Shown here: positions 21,246 through 33,550 of the stretch, in pieces
Layout of the letters: every line of letters begins with the position of its first letter
How positions within the stretch are numbered: position 1 is the first letter of the stretch
From: Cyanidioschyzon merolae
Taxonomy: Eukaryota
NCBI GenBank assembly: GCA_000091205.1
Contig: AP006494.2
Length of the DNA stretch: 64,000 bases
Strand: one strand, 5' to 3'
Notes under the pieces: model-generated
What the model was told of the DNA's origin: nothing
The model's input: only the letters and a program-made list of their open reading frames with translations
Database searches by the model: none
Position numbers and translations under genes: made by a program

Positions 21246-24200
21246 GGCGTCAATGAATGCCCTTTGGCTGTATTATCCATAGCGCTCCAGGCATGACCCT
21301 GCGTCGAGGTATCGGCTATGGAAATTGTAATGCGTATTGGTGCTCGTTGCTGGATCCTGGAAACACGGGCGCTGGACAGGCTTCGTGCGAAAGAGTGGTG
21401 CAATGTGACAGCGATCCGCTAGGCGCCCTCATGACAGTCACAGCCTAGCTGGAGGTGATTCTCGGGATTTTCGAATTGTGTCTCTGTTGATCGTTGCATC
21501 GCTGCTGTCGGCGCCCATCCGATTATGCCTTGCGTATCCTGATTCGTATGATGTATTCGTGTGGACGCCTGTGCTCGTCGCGAGCTGAGCAATAGCACCT
21601 ACCCTGGTTTTTTTTTGAATCTGAGCAGGCAACTGAACCGCTTCATCGTGTTCAATGGAGGTCCCAGCAGTGCAGCTCTATTCGAGATGCACCGCAGAGA
21701 ATGGGCAACGCTCGCCGCATTCCGGTTTACACCACGTAGTTGCTGCAAATGGAAACCCAGGAATGTCTAGCGCTCTCGAATTCCAAACAACAAACACCCT
21801 GGTGGAGCGCAGGGCATCGCTACCCAGTATGCGTTCGAATCCTTGGGATTGATGCTCGATGCATCCTCTGTTTGATGAACGCGCCACTGAACGTGACGTA
21901 TACCTGATTAGATGCCCATGCTCGTATGCGTTTGGTTGGCCTTGGAAGAAACGAATCCAGATTGCAAGCCCGCGAACGAGATTACCAGATGCTGTTGAGA
22001 CTCGTCGTGTACAGTACGCAATGGAGCCTGAGCGAAACGGAACTGGCGAAACTGCCGCCCAGGCGGTGCGGAGACTTGTAGCGCCTTCGCCTTGCGCGAC
22101 ATTCTGGCGCCGGGCTCTGTGCATCTTTACGTAGGATAGCAGTGACGAGCCAGCCTGGATGGTCGAAGCGGTTACCCTTGTCTATGCAGCAACGCTAGTC
22201 AGTAAGCAACCAGCCTCCGAACAGCACGTTGAAGCAAATGCTGGTGCAAACCGAGCACGCTACTCGCTATTCGCTGGACACGATGCATGTATCAATCCAG
22301 AGGCAGCTTGACATCAGTAGGAACCCTCTAGGACAGGGCATAACAGTGGCCCTGGTATTCGGTGCTCGCGAGCAATAGCACTGCCCTGCAAAGCGACGTA
22401 TATGATGAATACGTTATCTTCTTGGCGTCCGTAGACGCGTGCACCGTCTGCTGTCCCGTCAGCGGGTTAGCATACGCAGTGCACCTGCGCAGTGCTCCCT
22501 GATCCAAGGACTCGTTTTCTTGGGGAAAGCTCTCCACAGACCTCGACCTCGTCTCGAATAAGCTCGTTGAAGAAGAGTCTGTACTCCTGGCCGAGTGCAC
22601 CAGCGTGTAGAGCAAATTCCACGCGGGCGTCGTTCGCCACTCCAGGTCGCAGAGTGAGAGAAGGGATCAAAGCTCTTTGATCTTAATGTGGTGCGGCAGA
22701 ACTTGAACATCCGGGTCTTTATTAAAGGTAGCGTTCGCAGCTGCTGCCGCTGTTTCTTGAAAATGCCGAGTCCGGTGATGCTGGAAGCGAGCCTGCTCTT
22801 CGCAGTACAGCGGTATCAGACGAACACGTACCTTTGAATTGGTCGCTCTGCTTCTTATTTCGGGGTTTTCCGAAATTTTTTAGACTCACAGCCTCAACGT
22901 TAGAACTGCAGAAATAAAAATGGTTTGCGTTCTCATCCGTACTGGTTTTGGATTCTCGATCGTCTTTTAGGAGTGCCGCCTTGGACTCTTTCCCGCTAGA
23001 TTTCGTTCTGTTATCGAAGTCTAACTTATTCGCTAGGCAGTTGAACAACAATTTTTTTCAAAATGAGAGATATCAATCGTAAATTCATACGTAGAAAACT
23101 CCACTCTTCTCCTCTCTTGACATCTACTATGTTCAAATAAGGCAGCCTTCAACCTTTCTATCAACGCAAGTTGCAGGCGCAGCAATGCACGCCGCATCTT
23201 AGACGACGTCGTCCCTTTAGGACGCGATCGCAAGCTCAGGTCGAAATTTCACTGAACTTGCTACGTAAAATAACCGATTTCGGTAGAGAAACAACTCCTC
23301 ATTTCGTAGTGGCCACTGACAAGAAAAGATTCGACAGCACCACGATATCGCTCATGGGATATGCTTAGGGGGGATCCCGTCACTTCGATTCTGGTTTGCG
23401 TGAGAACGGGTCTCAGACTTGAACTACAATCATCGCAGCGATCGCGCCTAGTGGAGCGTGCGTGATCGCTTTGCAGGAAGGGAGCGTAGACTTAGCGAAC
23501 TTGCTCTGCGTCTTTGTCAGCGAGAATTTTCCTGTAGGTACTTGGTCCATTACGGACAACATCGCGTTCCAACAATGATTTATCGAGTGAAACAGCAAGC
23601 GCTTGCGTTTGCCGCGCACAGCATACTTGCCCAGAAGACCGCCTCAAAGATGTCTGGAGTTGTCGGGCACGGCACTGGGTGCGATAGCGGAGCGAGGCAT
23701 CAAGGAGCGCCTCCTTCATTCATGAAGGACATGTACCCAGCGTTGTAGGAAACCGTCCGGGGCCATAAGGCGAAGCTTGAAGCATTGCGAAGTTCGGTGG
23801 ATATATGGAAACACCTGAATACAGCCATATATCATCGCTACAAAGGCACACTGAGGCTAGATACAAAGAGGAAGATACTGGCAAGCAGAGCCTAGACCGC
23901 AACTCCCGCCTGTACACGAAATGCGTAAACAACTACCGGAAATAGCGGAATCTGTATACTAATGCTGCCATCTACATCCTCCGACTACGACCAACGGAGC
24001 TCGAGTCAAGGAAGCGACCGGCTCATTTAAAGCCCCCGATAAGGGAGAGAAAGTGGACCCTGCTGCGGAGAACACCCGAAAAAGTCAGAGACTGATGGCG
24101 CATGACGCATGTAACTGGGACAAATCGCACCTGCGTTGTGATGCGCACACAACGCACCTCGCGCTCCGCACAGCATGCCGTATTCTGTATCGTATCTGTG

Positions 24201-24537
24201 TTGCGGAAAGGACGGGTGAGCGTTGTTTGTTTGTTTGGTTGTTCGTTCGCGGTACTCAGCGGGTGTACGGCAACGCTTGTCGACAACACTTCAACTAGTC
24301 CTGTTTGTCGAGTGTATAAGAAAAAGTTAGTGCCCGACAAGGTGCGCTGCTCGTGTGAAGAAGTGCTGTCAGTGGGGAGACCTGGTGGCTGCCCACACCA
24401 CCACCACCACCACCACCACCACCACGCAGGTTAACGGTGGCGCGACGTTCACGGGGAGCGAGTCCCTTTCAGGTACCGGTGTTGGTTCTAACGTGGTCAC
24501 TGCACGACGAGAAGCATACAGATACAGTAATCGATAG

Positions 24538-26181
24538 TTGTTCACTCAGGATACAAGGGTCTGTTCCGAGCGCATGTTCGGGCGTCAGCGGCTCCTGCTG
24601 TGGGCGTATGCTCATTCGCCGTCTAACGGAAAGCACGCGCGCGGACGTTCCGAGTCCCAGCTCTGTCCGTCCAGTTCTCCAGAGGTTCGGGCTATCCGTA
24701 GTCGGTTTTTGGGTTGCTCACGAAGTGCGCACAGCTGGCTATCAACGAAACTAGTTAGGCAGCGGCAGCGGTGGCGTCCAGGCCTCACTGAACTTTCAGC
24801 CTCGTCGACCGCGGATGCAAGCGATAACTCCAGACGACCTCGTGGATCCGGACGCCTGATACGTAGACTAGCACTCATATCAGATGTGCATATCTTCGAT
24901 CCTGAGGGTATCGGACAGGAATCGGTCACGAACTTTATGAACTTACGCTTACTGGGCCTGCTGAACATTTGGCTGCTGCGTGGACCTGAGCGCTTCTCCG
25001 AGCGCATTCTGCGCGCAGCACTGCGGGATATGCAAGAACATATGCATGTAGACCATTTAATCCTAGCGGGCGATATCACGAATCTCTCGCTGGAGTGTGA
25101 GTTCTCTCGCGCTGCCGGCGCTTTTGCGCACTTCGCCGCTAACGATCCGCAGCGAATAACTGCAGTGCCGGGAAATCACGACCTCTACAACAATTTCGAG
25201 GCACTGCGACGCCCGACACTCTTCTCGAAATACTTTGGGCAGTATGCGCGGAGCGATGTTCCCCGACCATCGTACGCGTGGAATCTGGTAAACGGGATGA
25301 GCGGTCGTTCACAAGGCCTTCTGCGGCGGCTCTATGGCGAGCGCAAGATGATGAAACAACGCGCTCGCTTGGCGAGGCTCGGAGAGCCACTGTGGGACGG
25401 CGGACGCCTGTCTACGGCGGTCCTGGAGGAACCCACGGATGTAGATGTTCCTCAGCAAACGACCAGGTTTACGCCAAGTGATACAACACCATCGTCTACG
25501 ACTGAGCAAAATGCAGATAACAAGGGGGGCGAGTTCCCATTCATCCAGCTTCGAGGCGATGTTCTTTTCATTGGGTTGAACACCGCGCTTCCGGGTACTG
25601 CACAAGGTGAAGTAGGTGCGTCACAATGGAAGCTGTTGCGCACCATGATGGATTCACCTCTAGGCAGAAAGCTGCGTGACCGGGCACAACTACGGGTGAT
25701 GGTTCTGCACCATCCGGCACAGGACCCAGATGTTCGTGGGTTGCCCCTCATTCGTGACATCGGTCATGATTTGAAGGATTGGGCGGAAATCCCGCCAATA
25801 GCGAAAGCGTACAATATTGATCTCGTGGTCCATGGTCATAACCACGTGCCGTACATCGGATGGCTGAAGGATGCACCGAACACCCTCGTGCTGGAGGGCG
25901 GCTCTGGCACCCTCATTGACCTGAAGCATCCCGAACGCATGGCTCGTTACACGGTTTTCGAGCTGGACGAGACGGGACGCATCGCACGAATTGTGGCGCG
26001 GGTCTGGAACCACGCCTACTATGATAGCATATGCAGTCTGCTGGGTCGCCCTGAGCCGCTACCATGCGATGTTTTCCGCACCGTGGAGATCGCGATCCCG
26101 AGTCACTGGAACCTCGAACGCTGGGACACGTCGCGACCACAGCCTCGAAAACGCACCCTATTCCGCGGCTTGCCGCTCTAG
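24538..26181 (+). CDS. Calcineurin-like metallophosphoesterase, 547 aa, with N-terminal R/S-rich extension
   Basis: All four phosphoesterase motifs in order: ISDVHIF, LILAGDITNLS, VPGNHDLYNN, VVHGHNHVPY. Confidence 0.7.
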   Translation: MFTQDTRVCSERMFGRQRLLLWAYAHSPSNGKHARGRSESQLCPSSSPEVRAIRSRFLGCSRSAHSWLSTKLVRQRQRWRPGLTELSASSTADASDNSRRPRGSGRLIRRLALISDVHIFDPEGIGQESVTNFMNLRLLGLLNIWLLRGPERFSERILRAALRDMQEHMHVDHLILAGDITNLSLECEFSRAAGAFAHFAANDPQRITAVPGNHDLYNNFEALRRPTLFSKYFGQYARSDVPRPSYAWNLVNGMSGRSQGLLRRLYGERKMMKQRARLARLGEPLWDGGRLSTAVLEEPTDVDVPQQTTRFTPSDTTPSSTTEQNADNKGGEFPFIQLRGDVLFIGLNTALPGTAQGEVGASQWKLLRTMMDSPLGRKLRDRAQLRVMVLHHPAQDPDVRGLPLIRDIGHDLKDWAEIPPIAKAYNIDLVVHGHNHVPYIGWLKDAPNTLVLEGGSGTLIDLKHPERMARYTVFELDETGRIARIVARVWNHAYYDSICSLLGRPEPLPCDVFRTVEIAIPSHWNLERWDTSRPQPRKRTLFRGLPL

Positions 26182-26986
26182 TCCATTACGATGGAAACTC
26201 GTGCAGGGAGGGAGCTTTTTGGTGAACGATGCAATAGCGAGGCACTTGCTTGGCTTGCCGCCCTGGTCCATTTCGAAGCAAACGAGCGCGCGTAAGGAGC
26301 GTCTCTTGAACGGTGCAATGGCAAAGACCTTTTTTGCTGGTTTGAAGAGTTATCCGAAACCGTGCTGCGCACCTGGAGAGAATCCCAGGACAACCATACG
26401 CATTGCTGTCGAGGCACAGTGAACTTGTTCACGAGTGTTTCTATGGCGAACGCGATGACGCGCAACCCGATTAATCAGCAGCACGGCATTCGGAGTGGGG
26501 TCCCAGAAGATTCAATGGAAGCGTCTGGGCTCCTTTGGAGAAACGATGTACCCGTGGCACCTTTGAGAACTTTGTGCATCCGTGGTCGGAAAACGCAGGC
26601 GCGAAATCCTGTTATGTACATTTGTGAATCGATAAAGTGGGAGGGATACGGCATTGTAACGCCAAGTTCATGTTCTGGGATCGCAGCGATACACCAAATC
26701 GCTTTTGTTGACGTATTCTGTCTAGAGCACCGTCGGCTTCCAGTGTCCACTACAGAAAGGCGCATGCGCACCTGTTGATGGCACCTTGTCCAGACTATCG
26801 TTATCGACTTGGCATCCGCCGGGTATGCTACTGGATTCTGTGCCATGCGCTTCGGAAAGGTCCGCGTTTTCCCGTCATCCACGCTCTAGGCGGCATTTTT
26901 CGGAAATGTTCAGAGCACCGCACAGCAGTGCAACCGCACGCATCCCTGGAACGAATTCATGAGGTCAATTTGCATCCATGGGTATC

Positions 26987-28360
26987 CTACATTCCCGTGC
27001 GAATCCAGCTGAGCGCACTCGGTTGCACTAGCCCAAAGAGGGCTCTCCTCGAGGCCCTAGTTCGAAAGACCTCTTCCGGATACCAGACTCCACTCTCGTA
27101 TGGTACATCAACACCGAGTCTATCGGGAAAGAGCCGCGCTAACGAGAACGCTGCAGTGCACTCACCAACAGCGTCCGTCAGACGGTCATGTACGTAGAGA
27201 AAATGGGTACGCGACGCCGGCCCCGATACGACATCCTGGTACCAACAGTCGACGCGTACAGCAGTGCGTGCCCCGACCAGCATATCTACCAGGCGTACGA
27301 GCGGCAGGCTTGCCACAGTGATTCCAGTCATTCGCTTCCGGAGAATTTCCGGTCGCAGGTAACGAGCCATGCACCACATGAGTCCGTTCCACAATGCGGG
27401 AGCGGTCCCGAATCGAGCCTCCACGTGCCCAACTCCGTGCACTATATGCGCAGAGCGCACCTCCGGCAAGTTCAACAGGTAGGCTGTGCGATGACCTCCG
27501 CATGCCGGGCCAAAGTCAATGCGCTGGGGATCGCTGAATGCGGGTCTCCAGCGAATCTCACCGTTTTCAACAGTGTACACCGGCTCTGCCAGCAACAGGT
27601 AGGTCGCACTGAGAATCGTGGCACCGGCACCACCAGAGCCAGCAGTGAAGTACGAGAATGCTATGCCGAATTTACTTGGAGCGGCTCGTTCTCCCAGTAG
27701 GTCGGTCATTTGGTCGAGCAAGTCTGCTGCCATGAGATTGCTCACACCCGGATAGATACCCGTACTTATCCAAGCACTGATCTTCGACTGCTTCGCCGCA
27801 GACGCGTAGCGCTTGCGGCACCATTCGGCATGATGCATATCGTCCGCCACATCCTGGTAGGCGACTCCAGCCCGGATACACGCGTCTAGGAGACGGCCAG
27901 CCTTTTCCTCGCGATTCTGGAACGGGCCTGCTGTGTGGATAACCAGGTCGTATGGACGGAGTATCTCTACCAGGGTCTCAGGGCGATATTCGGACCAGTC
28001 AAGCTGGACGTGGTCCTGGACCGCGGAGCGCTCCACATCCGATGCGAGACGCTGCCGAAGACGCTGGGCAGCCGCCTGTCCACGCTCGCGGTCACGGCTG
28101 CCGAGGTCGATGCGCACGCTCGGTGCTACACCGAGCTGGTACGCTTTCTTCACAAGGTGCTCGGTAACAGCGCTGCCAACACGCCCACTGCCACCAACTA
28201 CAAGAATTCGATGAGAAGCGGCTGACGAAAGCACGGTTAGGACTGCCGGTCGTGATTGCCGTTCCCGACGAAGGCGTCCACTGCGTGCTCGGCGCTGGAC
28301 TCCCTGAGTGCGTTGCAGGCACGCCATCCGAAAACCTGGGGCTTTCTGGGCAAGGAACAT
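26987..28360 (-). CDS. Saccharopine-dehydrogenase-like NAD(P)-binding oxidoreductase (SCCPDH family), 457 aa, with N-terminal presequence-like extension
   Basis: Rossmann motif ILVVGGSGRVGSAVTEHLVK followed by LVIHTAGPFQN, typical of the saccharopine dehydrogenase NADP-binding domain. Confidence 0.7.
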   Translation of the reverse strand: MFLAQKAPGFRMACLQRTQGVQRRARSGRLRRERQSRPAVLTVLSSAASHRILVVGGSGRVGSAVTEHLVKKAYQLGVAPSVRIDLGSRDRERGQAAAQRLRQRLASDVERSAVQDHVQLDWSEYRPETLVEILRPYDLVIHTAGPFQNREEKAGRLLDACIRAGVAYQDVADDMHHAEWCRKRYASAAKQSKISAWISTGIYPGVSNLMAADLLDQMTDLLGERAAPSKFGIAFSYFTAGSGGAGATILSATYLLLAEPVYTVENGEIRWRPAFSDPQRIDFGPACGGHRTAYLLNLPEVRSAHIVHGVGHVEARFGTAPALWNGLMWCMARYLRPEILRKRMTGITVASLPLVRLVDMLVGARTAVRVDCWYQDVVSGPASRTHFLYVHDRLTDAVGECTAAFSLARLFPDRLGVDVPYESGVWYPEEVFRTRASRRALFGLVQPSALSWIRTGM

Positions 28361-28599
28361 AGCGTGCTGCTATACAGAAATCTTTCCTACTGAATCCAGC
28401 CCTGCTGCCTGGTACCTCCTTGATCAGGCACCTTGCTTGTCCAGACCAGAGCCAGTATTGCACGTGGAGAAGCGCCGCTGCCTGCGCATGAGCGGCAGCG
28501 TGTCACCGGGATCAAGAGTCGCATTGGGGAAGTTGTCGTATTTCACTTTTGTACCAGCCCCGCTGCTGGGGTGTATAGAACGAGATCGAAATCACGATG

Positions 28600-29750
28600 C
28601 AAAGTATCGTAGAGATCGTGGATGAACTGCGTGTGGAGTACATGATCTTTACTGAACAGTACATGGAGGGCTGCATTCTTCCTCCAGATCAGTCATAGTA
28701 CAGTACGCACGTAGTTTGGGAACAATGAAAAAAAAGTAGATGCGCTCTGCGCCAAAACCGATATGCTCAAAGCGCCCATGCGGTCAATGGTAGAAAATGA
28801 CGTGTTGGTCATCTTACGGAAAGCAAAATGAGAAGATCATAGCCACCACGGGCGTCTCTGTTTCTCAATAGCTTGTTGATGTGCTCCTGAAATCACTGGG
28901 GTACAGTCACAAACAAATTCTAGGTCACGGACGGTTACGTTCCACCGATATTGCCCCTGGGGAGTTCCTGGAACGTCGCGGTCGCTATGAAGCAGAGGGA
29001 CGTTGGTTTTATTTTCCAGTAGATGAGACTTTCTTTGGACGAAACGGTCCGAGCGTATCTAAGCATTCGAGGTGAGAGGAGCCAACGGTACCGACCATGG
29101 AACTCGTAGAGAACGACGACATCGTCATCTATCCTAACTGGAGTGGATTCATTTTTGGTGGTCTTATTTCCGCTCGTAGAGAAGACGCATACAACAGCAT
29201 TCACTTCTGCGAACCATTACAGACATTTCTGCTAAGGTCTGGTGACTTCCCTCTATAGGACAATGTAGTATTTCACCGTTTAGCATATGTTCAAGCGTAT
29301 GCGGATTCTATCGGGATAGAGCGACTTTTCACTCTTCCGTATTCGCCATGGTTCAACCGCACCAAAGCATGGTCGAGATGGTGCGAAGCCTGCGGAGTGC
29401 TTCGGCGATACAAAAGCACGGAGAGCTGACACACCAGCATATGGCAGAGAGAGTTCGAGGAATCCTCGATATGATGAGTTCATTCAGAGGCAATAAACGC
29501 ATGGAATCGGTGAACCGAGACTCCGGTGCTGGTATTCATACCAGACCATGTGCGGTGCTCCAGAAAAGACCTGAGGAGCTGACGCAAGTCCGCTTGTGCG
29601 GCAGCCTCTCAGACCCGAAACACCCAAGGAGAAGCTGAGACCGGTGGCGCGGGGCCGGATAAAAAACGTCCGGAGGCACCTCTGGGTGGATATTAATGTA
29701 CCCGACATGGTAGGCAGACATTTTTTGTTTCATTCACGACGTATGCGTGT
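28600..29750 (+). mobile_element. Short degenerate copy of the TnpB/Fanzor-like element family; RuvC-III region decayed to NKRMESVNRDSGAGIHTRPCAV (29498-29563)
   Basis: DNA and peptide similarity to the 35.9-37.35 kb copy: the 5' segment ...ctgaacagtacatggagg..., the RGRYEAE...PVDETFFG block and the RuvC-III region. Ends about 0.5 kb upstream of the AGC kinase start. Confidence 0.4.
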
Positions 29751-30236
29751 GTACGATCGGATTCATCGACCTGTCCGTTTCTCTAACTTCAACCTATTCG
29801 GCGCAGCGTTTCAGCTCGTGCGAAACAAGCACTCCAACAATGACCGTATACATATTCTTCGCTATGCTTCTTATCCCTAAATCCATTTTGTCATCAGCAT
29901 ATGCAACAGTTGCATTGAAAAATAGGTTTCCTGGAAACAAATCGTCGATGAACGACGCGCTCACCAGTCGCTGCACATGGGGTTCCGCCTGCGTGCCTGC
30001 CGCACCAGGGCGATCTCGCCGCCCGCGGGATCTCGGAAGCATGCGTGCGCGGATCGCATGCGTGCGCGGATCGCATCCATGCAGCGCATGTTCGCCGCCG
30101 TTCATTCGATCGCCAGCGGTGTCGAGAAGCCCTCATGCGTGTGCGTGCGCGCATGCATGCATGCGCTTCTGGAAGCTCGTCTGCGTGAAGCGTTCGTTAT
30201 CTTCTACAGCGAGGACTGGGGCTGCTCGAGTTTGCT

Positions 30237-33200
30237 TTGATGGCTAGTGCGGCTGGAAAGAATCAACGAGCCCCTCATTCTTTAGGTAGAGCAGAGGTAG
30301 TTCCTGTAACTGGCACGGCCGGTCGTGTTCCCGTGCCGCAACCTGGACAGGATGCGAGACCGCCTGTAGAGCACCGTGACTCCCCGGCGCGTTACCCCTG
30401 GGTCGGGCCTGCATCGCGTCCCGCTGCTGGGGGTCGTATGGCGCAAGCGGCACAACCACCAAAGCCTAATATGGACCTCTGCCGCGAGGCACTTCAGCTT
30501 CGTATTCTGCGGTCGCACGTGGCGCTCTGCAGTGGCTGGGTCGAGGCTAAGAAAAGTTCGGAGCCTGTTCCGGTGCCTACACGCCCGTTACCGCGGGATT
30601 CATCGGGTTCGCTTTCAGTGACTTCGGCGGTGAGTGAGCGAACTCCCTCACAGGGAGACGACGAGAAGGTAGATAGACACAAGTTACGACGCGAGTTTTC
30701 ATCTCCAGATCTGGGTGAGTTCAATAACCTCTCAGTTGAACAGCGGAGTGTGCCTCATCGACCACTGCTTCCCGAGTTTGCACACGCGGGGAGCAGAAAG
30801 CTGCAAAGCGCGCGACAGCAAGGAGACTCCGGCGGGGTAGCGATAGCGTCCGTACAATCGTCAACGTCGGACGGCTCGCAGGCGAGCGTCGATGCAGCGA
30901 GCCACTCGGAGCAGGAAGCATCCCCGAGCCCAGCAGAGCGTCGACCGCATGAATTCGACCATACGCAGCGGGACCAAGCCATAACAAAAACATCAAAAAA
31001 TGAGACTTCTCGGCAAGCGGTTTCCAAAATGGGCACCAAGCCCGCTGCGTCAACGGGTCGCGGGGGGACCCCGCCAGCACCCTCGCACAGGGAGAAGGGT
31101 GCCGAACGGGACAAAGGCCGCGTAGCAAAGACGTTTTCCAAACTGCTGATCCCGCGGAAATTGTCGCTGGAATCACTTGCGAAGAAGATGACCTTTGGTC
31201 TGGTACGAAAGAAACCTCAGCGTGAGCCGTGGCAACTGCTTTGGGCTGAGGTTCGTGCCGGTTTGCTCATCTTCTACCAGTGCGATAAGGCAAAATCACG
31301 AGGAATGCCCTGTCCATATGCCATTGTTCCTCTGCTTGGATGTACAGTTTACAGTCGAACGGTGGATCTGTGCCGCTCAGAAAAGGAGCAGGGTGCCTGT
31401 GCGATTACATATCAGGCCGGTGCAGGCGTTTCGAGTTCCTCTGGTACAGATTCGTCTGTGGCGAGTGAATGCCCATGCAGATCCGCATATGATGCGGTCT
31501 CCCAGTACTATGCTCGAGCCGGAAAATCCGGCCAATCTGGTAATGATACGAACGACGATGGGCCGCTCGTTCTCCAGTTGGAGCCGAATTCCGAATTTCT
31601 CCATCGATCGAACGAAACCTCGCACAATCCCCAATTCCGTTCCATTCGAATGCGATTCCAGACCGTGGAGGAGCTCTTCCACTGGCATCATGTGCTCTCT
31701 CTATATTCGTCACATCGCGTGGTCACACGTGCAGACTTTGATCTCATTTGCCTGTTAGGACGGGGTGCGTTCGGACGGGTCGCCCTCGCTCGAGACCTTC
31801 ACGGCTCGGGAGCGTTAGTCAGCATTAAGTTTATCGACAAACGCATGATTTTTAGCAGCCGCGACAAACTGCGGCGTATGGTGGATGAGCGCCTCATCCT
31901 CCAAGCTGTCACAGGGAAACCGTATTTTGTCCGACTTTTGTACGCTTTTGAAACTGGCGACTCGCTTTGCATGGTCAATGATTTTTGCGAGGGAGGTGAC
32001 CTGTTCCACTTCCTTTCAGCGTTTGCAGTGTATCGCGAACGGCAGTACCGCGCGCGGGAAGAGGCGGGCGAAAAAATCGACTGGGATCGCTTTCGTCGCA
32101 TTCGGCGATCGTTGCCATTGCCGGTAGCGCGCTTTATCGCAGCTGAGATCCTTGCCGCGCTGGAATTCCTGCATCGCGCGGATATCGTGTACAGAGACTT
32201 GAAACCGGAGAACGTTCTAATCGACAATCAAGGGCACATTTGTTTAACGGATTTCGGTCTGGCGCGCGTTCTTGAAGCCGTTCCAGCACATGCTGGCTCT
32301 GCTGCTACATTGAGCGGCGACGGTGACCTGGACGCCGCCCACCATATCAAGCCGGGTCGCCACGCAATATCCGACGTCTCGTCTCCATCGTCTTCGTCTT
32401 CATCGACGTCGTCGTCGACAACAGCAAGCCCGGACAATTCTTTCGCAGCAGCCCTGGATGGCACCGCCAACGACGACGACGACGACAATGCTGCACCCGA
32501 AGGTAAGCACCCCAGCAGCGGCAACGGCAACGAGACGGCATATGTGCGTCAACGAGCGTCGTCGTTCTGTGGAACCAAATCGTATATCTCACCGGAAATG
32601 CTCAAGACACGGGCTCGTCTGCTGCATGGATACGGCTTCTCCGTCGACATCTGGGCGTATGGAGTGCTCCTCTATGACATGCTGGTTGGCAGACCACCGT
32701 TTTATTCCAGCGATCGGGAGCGCAGCTTTGCGCTTACGATGACGGCGCGTCTGAGTATCCCAGACTTTGTGGATGAGACGAGCGCGGACTTCCTCATGCG
32801 TTTGCTGGAGAAGAACGAACGAAAGCGAATCGGTTGCCGTTCTGCGTTTGCGACCGATTTCGACGAGATCAAACGGCACCCGTTCTTTGCGGGAATCGAC
32901 TGGAACCTGGTGGAACAGCGCAGATTGCCAGTTCCCCAGGAGATTATGGATGTGCTCCAACTGGGCCCCGACGCGGCACAGAAGGCGAACGTCGACCCGT
33001 CCAGCGTCGAATGGATTGTGCGTAACTTTGATCGCCGCTTCACTGAAAGTGATATGGACTCGCTCATCGCCGCCCTGAACCGCTCATTCGATGAGTCCTC
33101 GCACCCGCTCGGTGTTGGTAGTGCAGTACAGGTGAGTACCAAACAGAGCGATCCAAGTGCCGCACGGCGTAACCGAGCCGGCAGCATTCCCGGCTTTATG

Positions 33201-33278
33201 TTTACGTATGAGGTTGCCGCAACCGGTGGAGCGCCCCTGAGCCGAGTGCGCACCGCTGACTCGAAAGCAGCTGCGTGA
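30237..33278 (+). CDS. AGC-family Ser/Thr protein kinase, 1013 aa, with long N-terminal low-complexity region, a roughly 110-aa insert between DFG and APE, an AGC C-terminal extension and hydrophobic motif (FMFTYEV)
   Basis: LGRGAFGRVALARD...VSIKFIDK...HRADIVYRDLKPENVLIDNQGHICLTDFGLAR...GTKSYISPEML...HPFFAGIDWNLV. Confidence 0.85.
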   Translation: MMASAAGKNQRAPHSLGRAEVVPVTGTAGRVPVPQPGQDARPPVEHRDSPARYPWVGPASRPAAGGRMAQAAQPPKPNMDLCREALQLRILRSHVALCSGWVEAKKSSEPVPVPTRPLPRDSSGSLSVTSAVSERTPSQGDDEKVDRHKLRREFSSPDLGEFNNLSVEQRSVPHRPLLPEFAHAGSRKLQSARQQGDSGGVAIASVQSSTSDGSQASVDAASHSEQEASPSPAERRPHEFDHTQRDQAITKTSKNETSRQAVSKMGTKPAASTGRGGTPPAPSHREKGAERDKGRVAKTFSKLLIPRKLSLESLAKKMTFGLVRKKPQREPWQLLWAEVRAGLLIFYQCDKAKSRGMPCPYAIVPLLGCTVYSRTVDLCRSEKEQGACAITYQAGAGVSSSSGTDSSVASECPCRSAYDAVSQYYARAGKSGQSGNDTNDDGPLVLQLEPNSEFLHRSNETSHNPQFRSIRMRFQTVEELFHWHHVLSLYSSHRVVTRADFDLICLLGRGAFGRVALARDLHGSGALVSIKFIDKRMIFSSRDKLRRMVDERLILQAVTGKPYFVRLLYAFETGDSLCMVNDFCEGGDLFHFLSAFAVYRERQYRAREEAGEKIDWDRFRRIRRSLPLPVARFIAAEILAALEFLHRADIVYRDLKPENVLIDNQGHICLTDFGLARVLEAVPAHAGSAATLSGDGDLDAAHHIKPGRHAISDVSSPSSSSSSTSSSTTASPDNSFAAALDGTANDDDDDNAAPEGKHPSSGNGNETAYVRQRASSFCGTKSYISPEMLKTRARLLHGYGFSVDIWAYGVLLYDMLVGRPPFYSSDRERSFALTMTARLSIPDFVDETSADFLMRLLEKNERKRIGCRSAFATDFDEIKRHPFFAGIDWNLVEQRRLPVPQEIMDVLQLGPDAAQKANVDPSSVEWIVRNFDRRFTESDMDSLIAALNRSFDESSHPLGVGSAVQVSTKQSDPSAARRNRAGSIPGFMFTYEVAATGGAPLSRVRTADSKAAA

Positions 33279-33550
33279 TCGACTTGTGCAGCGCTCTCGA
33301 TCCAAACTTGTTTCTATGTTTTTAGCCCCGTGATGTAAACACACCTGGTAGCCCGTGACGCCATCTAAAACCGCTAGTAGAACACAGCGCAAGCTTTCGT
33401 TCTAGGGGGAATTCCAGGCACGCTGGTTTGTCGCAAGCGCTTGATGCGGCTTCGCTTTGTACGCAGCCGCCGGCTCAGAGCGTCTGCGTTACCGGAATGG
33501 AGAAGAGAACGCTATCGATGCCCAGAGGGAAGAGACTTTACTGTTTCCGT

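Noticed and set aside
21815-21840. tRNA-like T-loop sequence GCGTTCGAATCC
   Set aside because: The flanking bases cannot form the T-stem, and no acceptor or anticodon arms can be drawn around it. It is a chance match.
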